A DNA stretch of 64,000 bases from NCBI GenBank assembly GCA_011390135.1, contig JAABSZ010000002.1:3039-67038 (forward strand), given 5' to 3'. Shown here piece after piece: positions 49,262 to 58,432 of this stretch (positions are counted from its first letter, which is position 1; each line of letters begins with the position of its first letter). Under the pieces are notes generated by a model that was given only the letters and a program-made list of their open reading frames with translations, did not search any database and was not told where the DNA came from. The position numbers were made by a program, and so were the translations under genes. This DNA comes from Desulfobacteraceae bacterium (GTDB taxonomy: Bacteria > Desulfobacterota > Desulfobacteria > Desulfobacterales > JAABSP01).

Positions 49262-49292
49262 ATTTCAACTCCTTTTTATCCGGATCTACCGG

Positions 49293-49339
49293 AAAAGCCG
49301 GAAGGCGGGAGAAACAGTGCAGCCTCTCCTCCTTCCGGC
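49293..49339 (-). promoter_or_regulatory. Stem-loop with a U-run in the dsrB-dsrD intergenic region (possible attenuator or partial terminator)
   Basis: mRNA sense: GCCGGAAGG, 25 nt, CCUUCCGGC, then UUUUCC. A perfect 9-bp stem read from the sequence. Confidence 0.4.
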
Positions 49340-49352
49340 GGATGTACTGCTA

Positions 49353-50501
49353 TTAGAACTTGAACTGGGTCGAATGACGCCAGGTGTAGTATGCCGGATC
49401 GCGGAAGTCATCGATCAGGTGGTGGGTGAACTCCAGCTCACAGACATCGAAGAACCGCTCCCAGGAGATCCGCTCTGCCCAGTCGCCCAGCCGCTCATAC
49501 TTCCGGCCGCCGTTGGCATAGGCCTCGGTGATCTTCTTGATGATCGAGGTGGTCTGGGGCCAGCGGGGCGCCTCGTTGGGAAGAAAGGCCACCGCGACTT
49601 TGGAGAACTTGGGCTCGGAAATCCGGTTGGAGACCTTGCCGCCGACCATGATCACGATGCCGTCACCCTCTTTGTCTGCCAGGGGCATGGCCGGGCACAT
49701 GGTGTAGCAGTTGCCGCAGAACATGCAGCGCTCGTTCTTCACTGCGACGGAGTTGACCTTCTTTCCGTCCGGCAGCTCCACCTTGGTGGGCCGGATGGCT
49801 GCCGTGGGGCAGGCCGCGACCGCCAGCGGAATCTCACACATCTTGTCGAGATACTCATGGTCCAGCATCGGCGGCTTCCGGTGGTAGCCGAGGATCGCGA
49901 TGTCGGAGCAGTGGACCGCGCCGCACATGTTGAGGCAGCAGGCCAGGGAGACCCGGAGCTGTGCCGGCAGGCGCATGTTCTGGAAGTCGTCGAAGAGGAC
50001 GTCCATGGTCGCCTTGACCGGTCCGGACGCGTCCGTTGCCGGGGTGTGGCAGTGGAGCCATCCCTGGGTGTGGACGATGTTGGTGACGCCCGCGCCGGTT
50101 CCGCCGATCGGGAACTTGAAGGAGCCTGCGTCAAACTTCCGGCTGGACAGGTCCTTCTTCAGGGGCTCGACTTTGTCCTTGCTGTCGACCATGAACTCGA
50201 TGTTGTTACGGGTGGTCCACCGGACATAGCCGCCGCAGTGCTTGTCCGCGATCTCGCAGATCTCCTGGATCAAAGAGACGGACATGAGACGGGCGCCGCC
50301 GACGCGGACAGTATAGACCTCATCTCCGGACTCGGCCACATGGACCAGTACGCCGGGCTCCAGGATCTCGTGATAGAGCCATTTACCCTTGTTCTTCTTG
50401 ATGACCGGAGGATAGAACTCTTCATAATTGCGCGGACCGATGTCGGTGATCCGGTTTTCCATCGGTTTGTCTGGATTATATCCCGAAGAGATAAATGCCA
50501 T
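49353..50501 (-). CDS. dsrB: Dissimilatory sulfite reductase beta subunit
   Basis: 382 aa. Ferredoxin-like insertion with Cys clusters ([32 protein letters not shown]). Adjacent to dsrA. Confidence 0.95.
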   Translation of the reverse strand: MAFISSGYNPDKPMENRITDIGPRNYEEFYPPVIKKNKGKWLYHEILEPGVLVHVAESGDEVYTVRVGGARLMSVSLIQEICEIADKHCGGYVRWTTRNNIEFMVDSKDKVEPLKKDLSSRKFDAGSFKFPIGGTGAGVTNIVHTQGWLHCHTPATDASGPVKATMDVLFDDFQNMRLPAQLRVSLACCLNMCGAVHCSDIAILGYHRKPPMLDHEYLDKMCEIPLAVAACPTAAIRPTKVELPDGKKVNSVAVKNERCMFCGNCYTMCPAMPLADKEGDGIVIMVGGKVSNRISEPKFSKVAVAFLPNEAPRWPQTTSIIKKITEAYANGGRKYERLGDWAERISWERFFDVCELEFTHHLIDDFRDPAYYTWRHSTQFKF

Positions 50502-50516
50502 GGTTTTTCTCCCTCC

Positions 50517-51833
50517 TTATCGCTGGTGGTGTTTTCTGAACTCGTTGACATCCCGCTCGAATCCGCCCTCGACCTCTTCTTCTTTCCAGAAGATGTACGG
50601 ATTGTGCCGCGGCTCTTTGACCATTCTCGGGTCGGGCTTCTGGTTGGTCATCTCCAGCATTCTCTGAAAGCCCTGGCGCTTCATCAGCTCGCCGAGGCGC
50701 TCACGGTTCTTGCCCTCTTCCATCCACCAGTCCCAGATGGATTCGATGACTTCCTTGATCTCGTCGTACGGCTCTTCGGCCTTGATAAAGGGCACCAGCA
50801 TGGTTCCCATCTGTGCGCCGTCGAGGATCGGAGCCTTTGCGCCCACCAGGATGGAGAGACCCGTATCCTGGCCGATTCTCAGTGCCCTGGGCATCGCGTC
50901 GATGCAGTGCATGCAGCGGACGCACTCCTTGTTATCGATCTTCAGATCTTTGCCGTCCATCCACATACACTCGGTGGGGCAGAGGTTGATGACCTCCTTC
51001 TGAATGTCGAAGGGGCCCCAGTCGCGGCCGGCATGTGCGCCGCCGTTGGGTGCGATCTCGCCGCCGATGTAGGCCTGAACCGCTTCCTGATCGATGCGGA
51101 TATCGTCTTTCCATGTGCCGATGAAGGACATGTCGGAACGCGCGATAGAGGCGACGCAGCCGTTGGGGCAGCCATCGAACTTGAACTTGAACTTATAGGG
51201 GAAGGCCGGACGGTGCAGCTCGTCCTGGTACTCCTGGGTCAGGGTGTAGCAGAGGTGCTGGGTATCGTAGCAGGCATACTCGCACCTGGACTGTCCCAGA
51301 CAGTCGGCCGGGGTTCTCAGGTTGGAGCCCGAGCCGCCCAAGTCCTGGTTCATATTGTGGGTCAGCTCGTAGAAGACCTCCTCGAGCTGCCGGGTGGTGG
51401 TTCCCAGAAGGATGATGTCTCCGGTGGAGCCGTGCATGTTGGTGACGCCGCTGCCCCGGAGGTCCCACAGGTCGCAGAGCTGCTTCAAAAAGTCTGTCGT
51501 GTAGTATTTTCCGCCCGGCTGGCTGACCCGCATCGTGTGGAAGTGCGCCACACCCGGGAAGTTCTGGGGCTGGTCACAGTAACGGCCGATGACGCCGCCG
51601 CCGTAGCCGAAGACGCCTACGATGCCGCCGTGCTTCCAGTGGGTTCTCCCATGTTTGAAGGAGAGTTCCAAAATGCCCAGCAGGTCGTCACAGACATCCG
51701 TGGGAATCTGGTACTCCACGTTCTTCTCGTTTTTGGCCCGCTTGGCGGCTTCCTGCTTGATGTCGCTGACAAAACTCGGCCAGGGGCCGCTTTCCAGCTC
51801 ATCCAACATCGGGGTTTCATGTTTCAATTTCAT
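50517..51833 (-). CDS. dsrA: Dissimilatory sulfite reductase alpha subunit
   Basis: 438 aa. WKHGGIVGVFGYGGGVIGRY, CEYACYDTQ, FDGCPNGC, CVRCMHCI. GGAGGT RBS. Confidence 0.95.
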   Translation of the reverse strand: MKLKHETPMLDELESGPWPSFVSDIKQEAAKRAKNEKNVEYQIPTDVCDDLLGILELSFKHGRTHWKHGGIVGVFGYGGGVIGRYCDQPQNFPGVAHFHTMRVSQPGGKYYTTDFLKQLCDLWDLRGSGVTNMHGSTGDIILLGTTTRQLEEVFYELTHNMNQDLGGSGSNLRTPADCLGQSRCEYACYDTQHLCYTLTQEYQDELHRPAFPYKFKFKFDGCPNGCVASIARSDMSFIGTWKDDIRIDQEAVQAYIGGEIAPNGGAHAGRDWGPFDIQKEVINLCPTECMWMDGKDLKIDNKECVRCMHCIDAMPRALRIGQDTGLSILVGAKAPILDGAQMGTMLVPFIKAEEPYDEIKEVIESIWDWWMEEGKNRERLGELMKRQGFQRMLEMTNQKPDPRMVKEPRHNPYIFWKEEEVEGGFERDVNEFRKHHQR

Positions 51834-52044
51834 GCTCTCAATACCTCCATCTTTTGTTAATGAATTAACCCTACAATTCGATAACGAAATCCCTTGTTAT
51901 CCTTATCGTCGGTTTGAGGTCACCTCCTCTCGCAAAATTGATGCTTTTTGTCTTCTTTATTTCGATTTATCCTGTATTTAACTCATATCATTCCTACAGG
52001 CATTCCTGTTTCAATTTCGACAGGAACCTATTATTAAAGATGCA

Positions 52045-52073
52045 GATATATGAAGAATTGCCTCTTTTGTCAA
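52045..52073 (-). promoter_or_regulatory. Candidate sigma70 promoter for dsrABDN, implying a 5' leader of ~200 nt
   Basis: Minus strand: TTTTTTA-TTGACA (52073..52068), a 17-nt spacer, then TATATC (52050..52045). An A/T-rich UP-like tract lies upstream. Confidence 0.45.
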
Positions 52074-52097
52074 TAAAAAAGCTCGCGAACATTTGGG

Positions 52098-52325
52098 ATG
52101 GTCACGAAAAAAGGACGGATTGCCAGGCGCATCTCCTCCGGAACCGTGGACAACTTCGACCGGTATATGGCCGAAGACGAGGTCCGTTCCGAGCGGATCG
52201 AGTCATTTCTGGTCTGGCTGGCCCGGAAATATCTGGATGCTGTCGTCATCGAAAACAACGATCTTATGGACGCGGATCTCTCCGATGCGGTCTGCGAAGC
52301 CTTTTTCTCCTTTAAAAACCCCTGA
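52098..52325 (+). CDS. Hypothetical small protein (75 aa), divergent from dsrA
   Basis: Third-position GC bias resembles the real genes here. No recognisable motif and a weak RBS. Confidence 0.4.
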   Translation: MVTKKGRIARRISSGTVDNFDRYMAEDEVRSERIESFLVWLARKYLDAVVIENNDLMDADLSDAVCEAFFSFKNP

Positions 52326-52355
52326 ATCCGCAAAAAACCGGTCCGCTTCATATCC

Positions 52356-52382
52356 TGATCCTAAAGCTTTTGATCCTAAAGC
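52356..52382. repeat. Direct repeat TGATCCTAAAGC x2 (15-nt period)
   Basis: tgatcctaaagc ttt tgatcctaaagc, read directly from the intergenic region. Confidence 0.5.
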
Positions 52383-52663
52383 ATTCTTGCCGGATAAATA
52401 CATCTTACCTCAATCCAATATACTGCCATCTCCCCATTACGGATTTTCGGGGTCCGAATTAACATAAAACGATAAATATCGTTGTTATCTTTCAATTTCG
52501 AAAGAGGAGGTGGAATCGAGCATGATCATGGACACCATCCCAATGATGACGTAAGCCACGACCATACCCATCGATCGGGATACCATGATTTGAAATCATC
52601 TTCACCGCTGCCCCGCGCAGCGGTGTTAATTCCCTCGACCCCTGACCTATTATTTGGATACTT

Positions 52664-53392
52664 ATGGAACAGGAACAATACGTCTGCAAAATCTGCGGCT
52701 ATAACATGATCGGATATATGAAAGAGCAGTGCCCCTTCTGCAGCGCGGCACAGATGAAGCTGATCCCGTCGGAGCAGTGCTCGATGGAGTACCATGTGGA
52801 GGAGGCTCAGATCACAGACGAGGTCTTCCGGGTTCAGACGGTTCCGGAACTCGGATATCGCCATTCAGCCTACCGGATCGACTCGGACGGCAAGAGCTTC
52901 TGGATCGACTGCCCCTCGATCTTTGACAAGTCCCTGCGCTCCATCGACGCGATTCGCTTCACCCATCACCATTTCATGGGATCGTCCAACCAGTACAAGA
53001 ATCTCTTCAACTGCGCGATCCACATCCACGAGGAGGATGCCCGGCATACCCTGAGCCGGAACTTTCCCTTGGATGTGCGCTTCACCGGAGATTACAGCGA
53101 AGACAGTATCGACGCATTTCACGTCGGGGGCCATACCCCGGGCTTCACCTTCTACCGGTTCGACGACGTCATATTTGTCTGCGACTATGTCTTCTTCAGG
53201 GACGGAAACCACGGAACCCGGCTCAACCCCTTCGGGTCCGAGCGCGACACCCGGCAGGGACTGCGCCGGATCCTGGATACGGCTGAGGACCGGGCAGTGA
53301 GACTCGTCTGCGGCTACGACTATGTGACGGAATTTCCGGTCTGGAAGGAGAAGCTGGAAAAACTGCTCTCCCAAAAGCCGTCATCCGGATAG
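52664..53392 (+). CDS. Rubredoxin-like zinc-ribbon fused to a metallo-beta-lactamase-fold-like domain
   Basis: 242 aa. N-terminal CKICG...CPFCSA (two CxxC pairs). Later FTHHHFMG and HVGGHTPGF resemble MBL-fold metal motifs. The functional call is tentative. Confidence 0.55.
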   Translation: MEQEQYVCKICGYNMIGYMKEQCPFCSAAQMKLIPSEQCSMEYHVEEAQITDEVFRVQTVPELGYRHSAYRIDSDGKSFWIDCPSIFDKSLRSIDAIRFTHHHFMGSSNQYKNLFNCAIHIHEEDARHTLSRNFPLDVRFTGDYSEDSIDAFHVGGHTPGFTFYRFDDVIFVCDYVFFRDGNHGTRLNPFGSERDTRQGLRRILDTAEDRAVRLVCGYDYVTEFPVWKEKLEKLLSQKPSSG

Positions 53393-53452
53393 ACCCGTTC
53401 GGGCAAATCGACCGAAAAAACCGATCGGTACATGACCGGAGAGGCAGCAAGG

Positions 53453-54448
53453 TCAATGATACCCTTCCTCCGCTGTCACCTTCCCCCTGAAGACGCTGTA
53501 GGAGTAGATCGTATATCCCAGCACCACCGGCAGCACGATCCCGACGCCCCATAAGGTAAAGATCATGGCTTCGGTCTGCGCGGCCGCTTCGTAGATGGTC
53601 ATGTGGGGGGGGATGGCCATGGGATAGATCGCGGCCTCGAGCCCCAGATAGGCCGACAGACAGAGAGAAAGACTCGCCAAAAAGGGATAGACCTCATACC
53701 GCCGCTTCAGCGATACCAGCAGAAAGAGAAAGGCCGCGGACCCCATCACCGGAAAGAACCAGATGAACTGGATTCGGGGATGGCTGAACCAGCGCTCCAC
53801 AATGGCAGGATCGACCGACGGAGTCCATGCGCTCACCAGGAGCATGAAACCGGCCACTATCCATGCGGCCCACGTTGCCTGCCGGTATGCCCTGCGCTGG
53901 ATCTCGCCTTCGGTCTTTATGATCAGGTAGGTCGAACCGAGCAAAATATAGCCGGCGATGAGCGCGGCCCCCACCGTGACCGAGAATGGGCTTAACCAGT
54001 CGAATGCCCCGCCGGCAAAGCGGTTGTTGACGGTCCGGATGCCGGAGATGTAGGCTCCCAAGGTCAGCCCCTGGGCAAATGTAGCCACAAGGCTTCCCCA
54101 GAAAAATGCCCGGTTCCACTGCACTTTTCTACTCGATGTGGCCCGGAACTCGAACGCGACCCCTCGAAAGATGAGACCGAAGAGAAAGGTAAGAAGGGGG
54201 ATGTAGAGTGCGCTGAAGAGGACCGTATATATCAGAGGAAAGACCGCAAAGAGCGCGCCGCCCCCGAAGACGATCCAGGTCTGATTGGCATCCCAGACCG
54301 GCGCGATCGTGTTCATCATCAGGTTGCGCTCCTCCTCGTCCTTTGCCCCGGGAAAGAGCAGCCCCACCCCGAGGGTAAAGCCGTCCAGCATCACATAGAG
54401 GATGACTACCAGGCCGACCAGACTGATCCAGATATGAATGAGCGCCAT
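53453..54448 (-). CDS. cydB: Cytochrome bd-type oxidase subunit II
   Basis: 331 aa polytopic protein. N-terminus LIHIWISLVGLVVILYVMLDGFTLGVGLL. WDANQTWIVFGGGALFAVFP motif. Lies 1 nt downstream of cydA. Confidence 0.9.
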   Translation of the reverse strand: MALIHIWISLVGLVVILYVMLDGFTLGVGLLFPGAKDEEERNLMMNTIAPVWDANQTWIVFGGGALFAVFPLIYTVLFSALYIPLLTFLFGLIFRGVAFEFRATSSRKVQWNRAFFWGSLVATFAQGLTLGAYISGIRTVNNRFAGGAFDWLSPFSVTVGAALIAGYILLGSTYLIIKTEGEIQRRAYRQATWAAWIVAGFMLLVSAWTPSVDPAIVERWFSHPRIQFIWFFPVMGSAAFLFLLVSLKRRYEVYPFLASLSLCLSAYLGLEAAIYPMAIPPHMTIYEAAAQTEAMIFTLWGVGIVLPVVLGYTIYSYSVFRGKVTAEEGYH

Positions 54449-54449
54449 C

Positions 54450-55841
54450 TTATTTCACCTCCATGCTCTCTTGGGCCTCGCCAAAGGGCTCCATGCCGGC
54501 AAGCAGCTGCACCGGCGGAATCTCGCTGTCCATGTCAGGGCCCTTTTTGAGGGTCTTGAAGATATAGTAGAAAAAGCTCGCACCGATGAGACCGAAAAAG
54601 AGGACAAAGAGCGTCAATGACCAGACCACGTTGCCGGCCGCGATGGGAGATGCACTGTCTGCGGTGCGCATGAGGCCATAGACTGTCCAGGGCTGGCGCC
54701 CCATCTCCGATGTGATCCAGCCCATGATCGTCGCGATGAAGCCCAGGGGCTGGATCACGATCAGAGTCTTCAGAAAGGCCGGGGTGTCGTAGAGCCGCTT
54801 CTTCAGAAAGAGGACCAGAGCCCAGAGCATCACCAGCAAATAGAGAAAGCCGACGGCCACCATGGCCCGGAATGTCCAGAAGAGCACCAGCGCGTTGGGC
54901 CGCTCATCTCTGGGAAATTCCTTCAGCCCCTTGATCTGCCCGTCTGCGGAGTGGGTGATGAGAAGGCTCAACAACTCCGGTATCACCACCTCAAAGTGGT
55001 TTTTCTCTTCTTCCATATCCGGGATTGCAAAGGCCACGAAGTCCGCGCCCCGGCCCTCGGGATTGGTCTCCCAGTGCGCCTCCATCGCGGCCAGCTTCGC
55101 GGGCTGGTATTCAGCCACATTCAGCCCCCGGAGATCCCCTATCAGCACCTGAAGGGGCGCGCAGACCGCGGCCATGATCAGCGCCAGCGCGAGGGAGCGG
55201 CGGAAAAAGGGAACCTTCTCCCCCTTGAGCAGGTACCAGGCGCTGATGCCGGCCACCGCAAACGCGCTCGTCTCGTAGGAGGCCATGAGCATATGGGCCA
55301 GATGGGTGGGAAAGGCCGGATTGAAGATGGCATCCCAGTAGCTCGTCACCATGAAGCGGCCATCCACCAGCTCGAATCCGGCCGGGGTATGCATCCATGC
55401 ATTGGCAGCCATGATCCAGAAGGCCGAAAGCGAGGCTCCGGCCGCGACCATACAGGTGGAGAAGAAATGGATTGTCGGCGAAACCCGGTTCCAGCCGAAG
55501 AGCATGATGCCCAGGAAACCGGCCTCCAGAAAGAAGGCGGTCATCCCCTCGTAGGCCATGAGGGGTGCGATGACATTGGCCACGGCCTCGGAGAAGAGGG
55601 CAAAATTGGTTCCGAACTGGAACTCCAGGGTGATGCCCGAGACCACACCCACTCCGAAGTTGATCGCGAAGATCCGTACCCAGAAGCGGTACATCCGGTA
55701 GTAGATCTCTTTCCGGGTCTTCAGCCATAAGAACTCGATGACCACCAGAAAGATCGCAAGGCCGATGGTGAGGGTGGGAAATAGAATGTGGAAGGCGGTG
55801 GTCAGGCCGAACTGTATTCGGGATAGGGTAACGACATCCAT
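54450..55841 (-). CDS. cydA: Cytochrome bd-type oxidase subunit I
   Basis: 463 aa. LSRIQFGLTTAFHILFPTLTIGLA, GWITSEMGRQPWTVYGLMRT (Q-loop/periplasmic motif). Confidence 0.9.
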   Translation of the reverse strand: MDVVTLSRIQFGLTTAFHILFPTLTIGLAIFLVVIEFLWLKTRKEIYYRMYRFWVRIFAINFGVGVVSGITLEFQFGTNFALFSEAVANVIAPLMAYEGMTAFFLEAGFLGIMLFGWNRVSPTIHFFSTCMVAAGASLSAFWIMAANAWMHTPAGFELVDGRFMVTSYWDAIFNPAFPTHLAHMLMASYETSAFAVAGISAWYLLKGEKVPFFRRSLALALIMAAVCAPLQVLIGDLRGLNVAEYQPAKLAAMEAHWETNPEGRGADFVAFAIPDMEEEKNHFEVVIPELLSLLITHSADGQIKGLKEFPRDERPNALVLFWTFRAMVAVGFLYLLVMLWALVLFLKKRLYDTPAFLKTLIVIQPLGFIATIMGWITSEMGRQPWTVYGLMRTADSASPIAAGNVVWSLTLFVLFFGLIGASFFYYIFKTLKKGPDMDSEIPPVQLLAGMEPFGEAQESMEVK

Positions 55842-55988
55842 AGGTCTTTTCCTGTCCAGAGGAGATGAAAATTGGGTTGCGCCTTTACCTGTAATGCTTT
55901 TCCTCTTATAGTATAAACGGAACGGAACTTCAACTGATTTTCCATGATATCCTGAAAAGAGAACCCTTCACCATCAAAAGGAGGAGCA

Positions 55989-56558
55989 ATGATCATTCCG
56001 AAAGAAGAATTGAAGAAAGGAGACGCCCTGCTGCTGATAGATGTACAAAAAGATTTCTGCCCGGGCGGGTCCCTGGCGATCGAAGATGGGGATGCGGTCG
56101 TTCCGATATTGAACGACTGGATTGAGGCCGCAGAAGAGGCCGGCATTCCGGTCTATGCCTCCCGGGACTGGCATCCCAAGGGGCATGTCAGCTTCAGGGA
56201 GAAGGGCGGGGATTGGCCTCCCCACTGCATTCAGGATACCGATGGTGCGGCCTTTCATCCGGGGCTGAACCTGCCGGCCCATGCGGTGATCGTCACCAAA
56301 GGGGTGCGCTTTGATCAGGATCAGAATTCGGCCCTGGATCAGACCGGATTTGCCGAATACCTGAACCGGGAGGGGATCAAGCGGCTCTGGATCGGGGGGC
56401 TGGCCCTGGATGTCTGTGTGCTGGCCACGGTGCTGGATGCCCGGGATGCGGGAATCGAGACCCTGGTGATCCTGGAGGGAACCAAACCCGTCACCCCCCA
56501 GGGGGGAAAGGCGGCTATCGAAAAGATGAAGCAAAACCGCGCAGCGATTCTAAGCTGA
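55989..56558 (+). CDS. pncA: Nicotinamidase/pyrazinamidase (isochorismatase family)
   Basis: 189 aa. LLLIDVQKDFCPGGSLA, WPPHCIQ, GGLALDVCV (catalytic Cys context). AAAGGAGGAG RBS. Confidence 0.8.
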   Translation: MIIPKEELKKGDALLLIDVQKDFCPGGSLAIEDGDAVVPILNDWIEAAEEAGIPVYASRDWHPKGHVSFREKGGDWPPHCIQDTDGAAFHPGLNLPAHAVIVTKGVRFDQDQNSALDQTGFAEYLNREGIKRLWIGGLALDVCVLATVLDARDAGIETLVILEGTKPVTPQGGKAAIEKMKQNRAAILS

Positions 56559-56593
56559 AGACATCATCAAAAACCCAAAAGCCGTTTTTCGAT

Positions 56594-58300
56594 CTATGCC
56601 CCTTTGGCCGCTTCTATGGCCTCCCGGACCTTTGCCGAAAGCTCCTGGCGGTTGAGGGGCTTCTCCAGATAATCCCGGATGCCGATGTTCATTGCCGTCT
56701 CCCGGGTGATCTTCTCGCTGAAGCCGGTGCAGATGATGATGGGCATCTCCGGCCGGAGGGAGAGGATCTCTTTGGCCAGCAGATCCCCGGACATTTTCGG
56801 CATGGTCATGTCGGTGATGAGAAGATCGAAAGCCAAAGGGTCATTCCGAAACCTTTGGAGGGCTTCATCAGGAGCCGTAAATCCGACGAAATCATAGCCG
56901 ATGCGTTCCAGCATCTGCCTCGCCACAAGTACCACAGCCTCTTCATCATCTACAAAAAGTATCCGCTCGCTTCCGCCGGCAATTTCTGTGGAAATCTGGA
57001 CCTCGTCCGGAGGAACATCGGCCTCGATGGCCGGAAAGAGGATGTGGAATCGGGTTCCCCGGCCCGGCTCGCTGTAGACGGTGATGCCGCCTTTATGGCT
57101 CTCCACGATTCCATGCACCACAGCCAGCCCCATACCGGTCCCCTTTCCCACGCCCTTGGTGGTGAAGTAGGGATCGAAGATCCGATCCAGAATCAGCGGA
57201 TCGATCCCCTCCCCGGTATCGCTCACCGAAAGCCGGACATAATGGCCTTCACCCATCTTGTAATATCGGGCCGCTGCCTCTTTATCCAGAAAGATTTCAG
57301 AGACAGCGATCTCCAGCACCCCGCCCTTCTTTTCCATCGCGTGGGCCGCGTTTGTGCAGAGATTGATCAGCAACTGATGGATCTGGGTCGGGTCCGCGTG
57401 AATGGCCGGGCAATTCTTTGGCAGGTTCTGCCGGATCTCGATGCTCGTGGGAAGAGAGGAGCGCAGCAGCTTCAACGATTCCTCGATCAGGGAGGGGATT
57501 TTGATCGGCTTCTTCTCCAGATCGTTCTTCCGGCTGAAATTGAGGAGTTGCCGGACCATATCCCTTGCCCGGAAGCAGGCTTTGATCACCTCGCCGAGAT
57601 TGCGCCGGGCCGGGTTCCAGTCCGGCACATCCTCCACCGCAAGCTCGGTATTGCCCAGAATGATGCCTAAAATATTGTTGAAATCGTGCGCGATCCCCCC
57701 GGCCAGGGTTCCGATGGCCTCCATCTTCCGGGATTGGCGGAGCTGCTCTTCCAGCCGTTTCCGCTCGGCCTCGGCCCGGATGCGGTCGGTGATGTCGGTA
57801 GAGAGGCCGCAGAGTTCGCTGACCCCTCCGGTGTCATCGAAGATGGGAAACTTCAAGGAGATGAAGGTGTGCATTTCGCCGTCCACAGGCCCTCTCTCCT
57901 CGATCTCCATGGGCTTTCCCGTCTCCAACACCTGTTTGTCATTGGCCGTCGATTTTTCCACCACTTCCGGCGGAAAGAGATCACTGTCGGTCTTGCCGAG
58001 AATCTGCTTTTTCCGGTATCCGGAGAGATCCTCGAAATGACGGTTGACAAAGGTATATTTCCCCTTTGTATCCTTGACATAGATGACCGCAGGGGCCCGG
58101 TTCATGATCTCCTGGAACCGGTGTCTGCTTTTTTTTAACTGCTCCTGGAGATGGTCGAATTGAGTGAGTGCAAGACGCTTTTCAAGGTCTGCAACTATTT
58201 GCGCCAGTTCCTGATATGTGGGCCGGGCAGACATATTACCTCTTTCGATCTTCCGGATCACCATCGACAAGGTTTTTGCAGGAGGAGAAATATCTTTCAT
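56594..58300 (-). CDS. PAS sensor hybrid histidine kinase (PAS, HisKA, HATPase, REC)
   Basis: 568 aa. GGIAHDFNNIL H-box, NLCTNAAHAM, DTGEGI, GTGMGLAVV. C-terminal REC ILFVDDEE...LLITDMTMPKMSG...KP. Confidence 0.85.
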   Translation of the reverse strand: MKDISPPAKTLSMVIRKIERGNMSARPTYQELAQIVADLEKRLALTQFDHLQEQLKKSRHRFQEIMNRAPAVIYVKDTKGKYTFVNRHFEDLSGYRKKQILGKTDSDLFPPEVVEKSTANDKQVLETGKPMEIEERGPVDGEMHTFISLKFPIFDDTGGVSELCGLSTDITDRIRAEAERKRLEEQLRQSRKMEAIGTLAGGIAHDFNNILGIILGNTELAVEDVPDWNPARRNLGEVIKACFRARDMVRQLLNFSRKNDLEKKPIKIPSLIEESLKLLRSSLPTSIEIRQNLPKNCPAIHADPTQIHQLLINLCTNAAHAMEKKGGVLEIAVSEIFLDKEAAARYYKMGEGHYVRLSVSDTGEGIDPLILDRIFDPYFTTKGVGKGTGMGLAVVHGIVESHKGGITVYSEPGRGTRFHILFPAIEADVPPDEVQISTEIAGGSERILFVDDEEAVVLVARQMLERIGYDFVGFTAPDEALQRFRNDPLAFDLLITDMTMPKMSGDLLAKEILSLRPEMPIIICTGFSEKITRETAMNIGIRDYLEKPLNRQELSAKVREAIEAAKGA

Positions 58301-58366
58301 CCCTCCAGCAGGGAAAAGTTTAGATACACCTGAAATACATGATTTTCAAAAAGATTGTCAAGAAGA

Positions 58367-58410
58367 TAAAAACCCGATCCGGTAATCCGGATCGGGTTTT
58401 GGATTTTTTG
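58367..58410 (-). terminator. Rho-independent terminator downstream of tpx
   Basis: Perfect 12-bp stem AACCCGATCCGG / CCGGATCGGGTT with a 4-nt loop. It is flanked by A- and T-runs, so it is bidirectional in form. Confidence 0.75.
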
Positions 58411-58432
58411 CGCCCATGAAGAAGGGGATCGA

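Noticed and set aside
49215-51860. 881-aa plus-strand ORF spanning the whole dsrAB region
   Set aside because: It is antisense to two unmistakable genes (dsrA, dsrB). The translation is low-complexity (G/D/L/V/H/R-rich) with no motif. This is a typical shadow ORF in GC3-rich DNA.
52482-52709. 75-aa His-rich ORF (TTG start) upstream of the rubredoxin-like gene
   Set aside because: It has a non-ATG start without an RBS. The strong SD in this region is positioned for a different frame (the 10-codon mini-ORF), and the ORF overlaps the start of the 52664 gene.
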